Shown here: positions 47,251 to 52,509 of the stretch, one piece after another
Layout: the number at the start of each line of letters is the position of its first letter
How positions within the stretch are numbered: the stretch's first letter is position 1
Source of the DNA: Thermoplasmatota archaeon
Lineage (GTDB): Archaea > Thermoplasmatota > Thermoplasmata > UBA10834
Assembly (NCBI GenBank): GCA_040751795.1
Contig: JBFMHR010000006.1
Span: forward strand, 1-52,509
Length of the DNA stretch: 52,509 bases
Reading direction: 5' to 3'
Translations under genes and position numbers: made by a program
The notes under the pieces: model-generated
Seen by the model: the letters and a program-made list of their open reading frames with translations, nothing else
The model's database searches: none
What the model was told of the DNA's origin: nothing

Positions 47251-48024
47251 TCATCCGCTCCTGTTGAGGACCCGGACCTTGAGCTCGTCGGCCTTCGCCT
47301 CGATCTCGAGCCTCTTCTTCATCCCGACCTTGTGGGCGACCCTGGCCGCCTCGGTCTCGGGGTTGATCTTCTGGAGGTCCTTGACGTTGTGGACCATGAC
47401 CTCCTTGAATCCCGACGGGTGCAGGAACCTGGCCCCCTTGGGCGAGCCGTACCCTATCGAGACCACGTTGCGCCTGTAGCCGTAGTGCTGGCGCATCTTG
47501 GAGTGCATGCCCCTCGGCTTCCGCCACTTGGCGCCCTGGAGCCTCTTCCTCTTGTACCACTCCTGCCTGAGGAACTCCGGCCTCCTCCCGTCGACCTCGG
47601 AGCGCTTGGCGAGCGCGTCGAGCGTCGCCTTCGAGAGCTTGGGCTTCAGCTTGACCCTGTAGCCCTCCTCCTCGTCCTCGATCTCGACCTCCGGCTCCTC
47701 CTCCTTCTCCTCGGCCACCTCCTCGTCGGCCTTGGCCTTCACCTTGCGGGCCTTGGGCCTGGGGGCCGGCTCCTCGCCGGCCTCCTCCTCAGGCTCCTCC
47801 TCGTCGGCGCCGACCTCGACGCCCAGGTCCTCGCGCCAGTGCTCGATCGTCTTCGGCCCGACCCCCTTGAGGTGCTCGTGGATCTCCTCCACGCGCTCCT
47901 CGCTGGCCAGGGCCTCCGCGAGCGCGTCGACGTCCTCGATGCCTATGGCCTCGAGCTTCGCGACGTACTCCTCCTTGAACATCCTGAGCTCCATGAACTC
48001 CTTGACCTTGTCCTTGTCAGCCAT
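47251..48024 (-). CDS. rpl32e: 50S ribosomal protein eL32 with N-terminal HhH-like and acidic extension
   Basis: PEFLRQEW, WRKPRG, HPSGF, RVLN core; ~130 extra N-terminal residues. Confidence 0.95.
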   Translation of the reverse strand: MADKDKVKEFMELRMFKEEYVAKLEAIGIEDVDALAEALASEERVEEIHEHLKGVGPKTIEHWREDLGVEVGADEEEPEEEAGEEPAPRPKARKVKAKADEEVAEEKEEEPEVEIEDEEEGYRVKLKPKLSKATLDALAKRSEVDGRRPEFLRQEWYKRKRLQGAKWRKPRGMHSKMRQHYGYRRNVVSIGYGSPKGARFLHPSGFKEVMVHNVKDLQKINPETEAARVAHKVGMKKRLEIEAKADELKVRVLNRSG

Positions 48025-48030
48025 GCGACG

Positions 48031-48573
48031 TCACCTCCCCGGTTTCTCTGTTATGTAGATGCCGTCCTGGAAGATCCTCGGGTCGAAGCCGCGGATCTTG
48101 GTGGCGCGCTCTATGTTCGCCGCCGTCTGGCCGACCTCCTCCACGTCCGGCCCGTTCAGGACGACCTGGTCCCCCTTGACGGTGACCTTCGTCGCCCCGA
48201 GAATGTCGGTCTTCCTGGGGCTCTTCTCCCCGAGGAAGTTCTCGATGACGAACGTGTCGCCCTTCACCGACGCCTTGATCGGGAAGTGCGCGTAGACGAT
48301 CTTCATCTTGTACTCGAAGCCCTGCGTGACGCCGACGATCATGTTCCTCAGGTGGGCCGCGTAGGTCCCGACCAGCGCCCTCTCCTTCGCCCTCATCGTG
48401 GCGCAGGAGATGACGACGTCGCTCCCCTTCTTGGCTATGGCGACCCTCGGGTCGTGGAGCCTCCTGGACACCTCGCCCTTGGGGCCCTTGACCTTCACGA
48501 CGGGCCCGTCCAAGGTGACATGGACCTTCTCCGGCACCTTGACCTCGTCCTTGACAATCCCTTCAGTCTTCAT
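48031..48573 (-). CDS. rpl6: 50S ribosomal protein uL6
   Basis: VKGPKG, YAHFP, NFLGEK, DPRIFQDGIY. Confidence 0.96.
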   Translation of the reverse strand: MKTEGIVKDEVKVPEKVHVTLDGPVVKVKGPKGEVSRRLHDPRVAIAKKGSDVVISCATMRAKERALVGTYAAHLRNMIVGVTQGFEYKMKIVYAHFPIKASVKGDTFVIENFLGEKSPRKTDILGATKVTVKGDQVVLNGPDVEEVGQTAANIERATKIRGFDPRIFQDGIYITEKPGR

Positions 48574-48583
48574 GCCAGGCACC

Positions 48584-48973
48584 TCAGTACACATAGGCGA
48601 GGAGCTTGCCCCCCACGCCGTCCTTCTTCGCGTCCGCGTGGCTGAGCACTCCCTTCGTCGTCGAGATGATCAGCACGCCGAAGTCCTGCGCCGGGAGGTA
48701 CCTTGCCTCGTACCTCTCCAGGTCGGTCTTCTTGACGGAGTACCGGGGCCTGATGACCCCGCAGTCGTTTATCTGGCCGGCGAGGACGACCTTGAACATG
48801 CCGCTCCTCCCGTCGGAGACGAGCTCGAACTGGCTGATGTAGCCGTGCTGCTCCATCACCTTGAGCACCCTCCCGACGAGCTTCGAGGAGGGCCTGATGT
48901 AGCACTCCCCCTTGCCGACCTTCTCCGCGTTCTTGATGGTGGCCATCGCGTCGTTGAGTGTATCCTGCTGCAT
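48584..48973 (-). CDS. rps8: 30S ribosomal protein uS8
   Basis: [19 protein letters not shown]. Confidence 0.96.
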   Translation of the reverse strand: MQQDTLNDAMATIKNAEKVGKGECYIRPSSKLVGRVLKVMEQHGYISQFELVSDGRSGMFKVVLAGQINDCGVIRPRYSVKKTDLERYEARYLPAQDFGVLIISTTKGVLSHADAKKDGVGGKLLAYVY

Positions 48974-48984
48974 GTGTGGTCACC

Positions 48985-49131
48985 TCACGAGTACTTCCTG
49001 AACCCTATCTGGGGAGCGATCTCCCTGAAGCACTGCCTGCACAGGTGGAGCCCGTACCTCCGCACGATGCCCCTCTTCCTGCCGCACCTGAGGCAGCCCT
49101 CCTTCCTTCCGAACTGCTTCTTGGGCTTCAA
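48985..49131 (-). CDS. rps14: 30S ribosomal protein uS14
   Basis: CLRCG...LCRQCFRE...GFRKY; TTG start overlapping the uL5 stop. Confidence 0.93.
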   Translation of the reverse strand: MKPKKQFGRKEGCLRCGRKRGIVRRYGLHLCRQCFREIAPQIGFRKYS

Positions 49132-49640
49132 TCGACCACCTCCACGTTGTACTTGGACCTGGCGAACTCCTGCCCCTCGGCCCTGGTGATCCTGTGTACC
49201 TTGGGGAGCGAGCGCTTCATGACCCTCCGGGCCCTGACGCGCCTGCCCGGCCTGCCGAGCGAGACGCAGACGTCGAACCCGAAGATGCCTATCTCGGGGT
49301 CGTACTTCATGCCGGGGAAGTCGGTGTAGTCCTGGACTCCGAAGGAGAAGTTGCCCTCGGGGTCGAAGGACCACTCGGGGATCCTGTTCTCCCTGATGTC
49401 CAGGGCCTTCCTGACGAACTCCTCGGCCTCCTTGTCCCTCAGGGTGACCTTGCAGCCGATCTGCATGCCCTCCCTGATGCCGAGGTCCCTGTTGGTCGTC
49501 TTCGCGGTGGTCCTCACGGGCTTCCTCCCGGTGACCATCTTCAGGACCTTCTCCGCCTTCAGGAGCCTCTCCCCGGCGTCGCCCACACCGATGTTGATGA
49601 CGGCCTTCTCGAGCCTGATCTCCCTCATCTTCTGGCTCAT
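49128..49640 (-). CDS. rpl5: 50S ribosomal protein uL5
   Basis: [28 protein letters not shown]. Confidence 0.96.
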   Translation of the reverse strand: MSQKMREIRLEKAVINIGVGDAGERLLKAEKVLKMVTGRKPVRTTAKTTNRDLGIREGMQIGCKVTLRDKEAEEFVRKALDIRENRIPEWSFDPEGNFSFGVQDYTDFPGMKYDPEIGIFGFDVCVSLGRPGRRVRARRVMKRSLPKVHRITRAEGQEFARSKYNVEVVD

Positions 49641-50347
49641 GCGACCTTCGCCTCCATCAGCCTGACCTCGGGGACCTTGTCGCCGACGACGAACACGTTC
49701 TCCTTGACCGTCGACGGGCCCTCCTTGAAGGTGACTATGTTCGAGGCGGAGCCGCGCTTGATCTGGTACGCCTCGATGGTCTGCACCGCGCCGGGGTGCG
49801 AGCCGCCCGTGAGGAGCGCGAGGCTCCCCTTGTCGAGCTTGAACGCCTTGAGGACCCTCTGCGACGGCACCTCGATCTTCAGCACGTCGCCGGTCTTGTA
49901 CTGGTCCTTCGGGAGCAGTATGTTCCTCCCGTCGTGGAGGGTGACCTGGGTCTTGCCGCCGCGGACGGTGGTCTTGTGGTCGACCCTCGCGAGCTTCCAG
50001 CCGCTCTCGTTCTCGTCTATCGGCACGAGCTGCAGCCTGCCCTTGTAGTCGATGAGCATCCTGTAGCTGGCCTTGATGTCCTTGACCGTCAGGACGTCCA
50101 TCAGCCCGACGGGGAACTTCGGGTCCGTCACGACCCTTCCGTCGACGAGCACGTTCCTGCCGCCCAGTATGAACCTGGCCTCCCTCGCGTTGTCGCAGAG
50201 CTTGAGCATGTCCCTGAGCACGGTGCCCACGGGGACGCTCTCGAGCGTCCCGTGCGGGCCCGGCCTGGGCTTCGACACCCAGTGCGAGGTCTTCCTCGGG
50301 ACGGTCCAGGTCCTAGGCGCAGTCATCCTCTTCATGTGCTTCTTCAT
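49637..50347 (-). CDS. rps4e: 30S ribosomal protein eS4
   Basis: [28 protein letters not shown]. Confidence 0.95.
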   Translation of the reverse strand: MKKHMKRMTAPRTWTVPRKTSHWVSKPRPGPHGTLESVPVGTVLRDMLKLCDNAREARFILGGRNVLVDGRVVTDPKFPVGLMDVLTVKDIKASYRMLIDYKGRLQLVPIDENESGWKLARVDHKTTVRGGKTQVTLHDGRNILLPKDQYKTGDVLKIEVPSQRVLKAFKLDKGSLALLTGGSHPGAVQTIEAYQIKRGSASNIVTFKEGPSTVKENVFVVGDKVPEVRLMEAKVA

Positions 50348-50730
50348 TCGCCCCTCGCCCCCTTCAGTCCGTCGAGCTTCTCCTTCCTCCACGGGTCGGA
50401 CAGGTCGAGCTTCGTTATCACGACGTCGGACGGGTCCACGACCCTCTGCTTCTGGGTCCCGTCCGCCTTCGCGACCGTGATGTTCTCTATGATGATCTTG
50501 CACTCGCGCAGGTCCACCTTGGCGACCTTGGACTCGACGTCGCGCACGCCCTCGCCGCCCCTGAGGACCTTCACCGTGTCCCCCTTCCTGACCGTCAGGG
50601 AGCGGACGTTGTACTCCCTCATCAGCGTCGAGTCGAGGTGGGCCGAGACCATGCGCCTCTTCCTGTGGAGGGGCGCCTCGGTCCTCGCCTTCCTCTGCTT
50701 CCTGGCCTTGGTGCTGTTAGTCGTGGTCAT
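50344..50730 (-). CDS. rpl24: 50S ribosomal protein uL24
   Basis: RKQRK, APLH, VRKGDTVKVLRG. Confidence 0.95.
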   Translation of the reverse strand: MTTTNSTKARKQRKARTEAPLHRKRRMVSAHLDSTLMREYNVRSLTVRKGDTVKVLRGGEGVRDVESKVAKVDLRECKIIIENITVAKADGTQKQRVVDPSDVVITKLDLSDPWRKEKLDGLKGARGE

Positions 50731-50742
50731 GCCGATCAACCC

Positions 50743-51141
50743 TCACACTATCATCGAGGCCGTGGCCGCGATCCTGGGCCACCTCTCCGCCGCCTCCCTC
50801 GCGACGGGCCCCTTTATGTCCGTGCCCTTCGTCTCGCCCGTGTCCGTGACTATGACCACGGCGTTGTCCTCGAACTGGACCATGGTCCCCTCGGGCCTCC
50901 TGAAGGGCCTCTTCTGCCTCACGATGACGGCCCGCATGAGCTGCTTCCTCGTCTCGGGGGTGCCCTTCTTGACCGTGACGATCATGACGTCGCCCAGGCC
51001 AGCGCTCGGGTACCTCCTCTTCACGCCGTGGTAGTTCAGGACCGCGACCACCTGGACAATCTTCGCTCCCGTGTTGTCGATGCAGTCCAGCCTCGCGCCC
51101 GTGGGTATTCCCCTCGTCTGCCTTCCCGGAAGTCCCTTCAT
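50743..51141 (-). CDS. rpl14: 50S ribosomal protein uL14
   Basis: DNTGAK, VKKGTP, FEDNAVV, KGPVARE. Confidence 0.96.
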   Translation of the reverse strand: MKGLPGRQTRGIPTGARLDCIDNTGAKIVQVVAVLNYHGVKRRYPSAGLGDVMIVTVKKGTPETRKQLMRAVIVRQKRPFRRPEGTMVQFEDNAVVIVTDTGETKGTDIKGPVAREAAERWPRIAATASMIV

Positions 51142-51151
51142 CCTGGCCACC

Positions 51152-51511
51152 TCACTTCCTGTTCTCCACTACGACGAACGAGACACGCTTGCTCAGCGGC
51201 CTGCACTCCATTATGCCGACCTCGTCCCCGGCCTTGGCCTGCATGCACGGGGGCGAGTGCGCAAGGTACCTGCTGGACCTCTTCTCGTACCTCTCGTACT
51301 TGGGGAGGTACTTCAGGTACTCCCTCTCCACGACGACCGTCCCCTGCATCTTCGCAGACACGACGGTGCCCGTGAGCTGGGTGCCCCTGACCGGCAGCGT
51401 GCCGTGCCACGGGCACTCCGAGTCCTTGCAGCTCTCCGCGGGCGGCTTGACGTCCAGCCCTATGTCGTTCACCGCTGGCGCCTCTGCCGCCTTCTTGACC
51501 TTCTCCGCCAT
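51152..51511 (-). CDS. rps17: 30S ribosomal protein uS17
   Basis: [20 protein letters not shown]. Confidence 0.96.
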   Translation of the reverse strand: MAEKVKKAAEAPAVNDIGLDVKPPAESCKDSECPWHGTLPVRGTQLTGTVVSAKMQGTVVVEREYLKYLPKYERYEKRSSRYLAHSPPCMQAKAGDEVGIMECRPLSKRVSFVVVENRK

Positions 51512-51528
51512 CGCTATTCACCTCGCCT

Positions 51529-51792
51529 TCATCTGACCTTCTTGATCCTGTCCTCGGGTCTGAACCTGATGTCCTTCCCGGAGACCCTGTGGGTCGCGCG
51601 CCCCTCCGCGAAGAGGAACTCGCAGCAGTCCTTGGGCACGACCTTCTCGGAGCCGCCGACGTCGACCTTGAGCGTGTTCCTCGTCTCGTCCACGACCCTC
51701 CCCTTCAGGCCTATGAACGAGGCGCACGTCGAGTCCAGCACCTCCACCTCGAGCCCTATGAACTCCCGTCTCCGGAAATCTCCTTCCTTCAT
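51529..51792 (-). CDS. rnp1: ribonuclease P protein component 1 (Rpp29)
   Basis: EFIGLEVEV, GRVVDETRNT, RPEDRIK; canonical position before uS17. Confidence 0.92.
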   Translation of the reverse strand: MKEGDFRRREFIGLEVEVLDSTCASFIGLKGRVVDETRNTLKVDVGGSEKVVPKDCCEFLFAEGRATHRVSGKDIRFRPEDRIKKVR

Positions 51793-51799
51793 GCTCGGT

Positions 51800-52099
51800 T
51801 TACCTGCTGTCCACGGAGAAGCCCAGCTCCTCCAGGACCTCCCTGACCTTCTTCTTGTGGTCGCCCTGGAGCTCGATCCGGCCGTCCTTGTACGTGCCTC
51901 CGGCGGCGCAGCGGGTCTTGAGCTTCTTCGCGAGGTCGTCCATGTCGATCTCGCTGGAGTTGATACCCTCGATCACTGTCATCACCTTGCCGTAGCGGCG
52001 CGTGTCCGTAAGGATACGGATCTGCTGCTGCTCCTTGGCGATCTGCTCACACATGCAGAGTTCTTCTGGCAGTCCACAAACCGAGCAAATACCGGCCAT
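51800..52099 (-). CDS. translation initiation factor aIF1 (SUI1 homolog)
   Basis: CSVCGLPEELCMC, RRYGK, IELQGDH; TAATG overlap with the uL29 stop. Confidence 0.94.
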   Translation of the reverse strand: MAGICSVCGLPEELCMCEQIAKEQQQIRILTDTRRYGKVMTVIEGINSSEIDMDDLAKKLKTRCAAGGTYKDGRIELQGDHKKKVREVLEELGFSVDSR

Positions 52100-52413
52100 T
52101 ACTTCTTCTCCTCCTTCGTTCCAGCTCTCTTCTCCATCTTCTTCCCGGACCGGGCCTCCCCGGGCTTCTTCCCGCCCTTCGGGCCCTTGGTCTTCGCGGG
52201 GGCGGCCCTGCCGGCCCGCTCCTGCTCGAGCATCACTGTGTGTATCCTGGCGACGCTGGTCCTGAGCGCCCGGATCTTGCCGGGGCTCGCGGGCGCGCCG
52301 CCCATCGCCGCGACGCCGCGCTCGTGCATCAGCTCGTCGCTGAGCTCCTTGAACTTGGCGCGGACGTCCTCGGGCCTCATGGCCCTCAGTTCCTTGGCCT
52401 TCAGGAGGGCCAT
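52099..52413 (-). CDS. rpl29: 50S ribosomal protein uL29 with basic C-terminal extension
   Basis: MALLKAKELRAM, PGKIRALRTSVARIHT. Confidence 0.93.
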   Translation of the reverse strand: MALLKAKELRAMRPEDVRAKFKELSDELMHERGVAAMGGAPASPGKIRALRTSVARIHTVMLEQERAGRAAPAKTKGPKGGKKPGEARSGKKMEKRAGTKEEKK

Positions 52414-52416
52414 GCC

Positions 52417-52509
52417 TCACTCCCCCTTGGGCTCGGGCGCTGGCTCGGCCGGCGCCTCGGGCGCGGCCGGTTCAGGGGCCGCCGGCCCGGGGGCCTTCTC
52501 GGCCTCCGC
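52417..52509 (-). CDS. rps3: 3' end of 30S ribosomal protein uS3 (partial, Ala/Pro/Glu tail)
   Basis: Open frame AEAEKAPGP...PKGE* at the window edge; identity from synteny only. Confidence 0.6.
   Translation of the reverse strand, partial: AEAEKAPGPAAPEPAAPEAPAEPAPEPKGE

Noticed and set aside
1-52509. CRISPR array or cas operon, prompted by the Cas4-like and CARF genes
   Set aside because: No regularly spaced direct repeats and no cas1, cas2, cas10 or RAMP genes seen; intergenic gaps are too short for an array

Overview
High-GC archaeal chromosomal segment, most likely Thermoplasmatota (inferred from gene order and content: cmk-cbf5 after secY/DUF106 without adk, rnhB-SCP2 pair, extended eL32, mptA-pgp). 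The right quarter (40.8-52.5 kb, minus strand) is the large ribosomal-protein operon (uS3 tail to uL15, secY, DUF106, cmk, cbf5). The rest is a mix of housekeeping and metabolic genes (NAC, mptA, rnhB, glmU/glmS, glycerol dehydrogenase-like, AlaX, GlcD/GlcF-like pair, agmatinase, M28 peptidase, FprA, apt/hpt) plus two tRNAs (Asp, initiator Met) that each carry a non-canonical feature. No CRISPR array, cas1/cas2, integrase or transposase is visible. The best candidate for an undescribed system is a two-gene nuclease operon at 13943-15752: a CDIN1/C15orf41 (TPD)-family nuclease followed 7 nt later by a Cas4-like Fe-S nuclease with a duplicated four-helix transmembrane insert. Other notable modules are a coupled CARF + PIN pair, a free-standing HTH-LAGLIDADG gene beside tRNA-iMet, a PolB2 mutasome-like operon (mini-intein, apparent ACG start codon, palindromic operator) and a divergent 6-TM/coiled-coil/degenerate-KaiC protein. 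All calls come from reading motifs by eye; no database searches were run.
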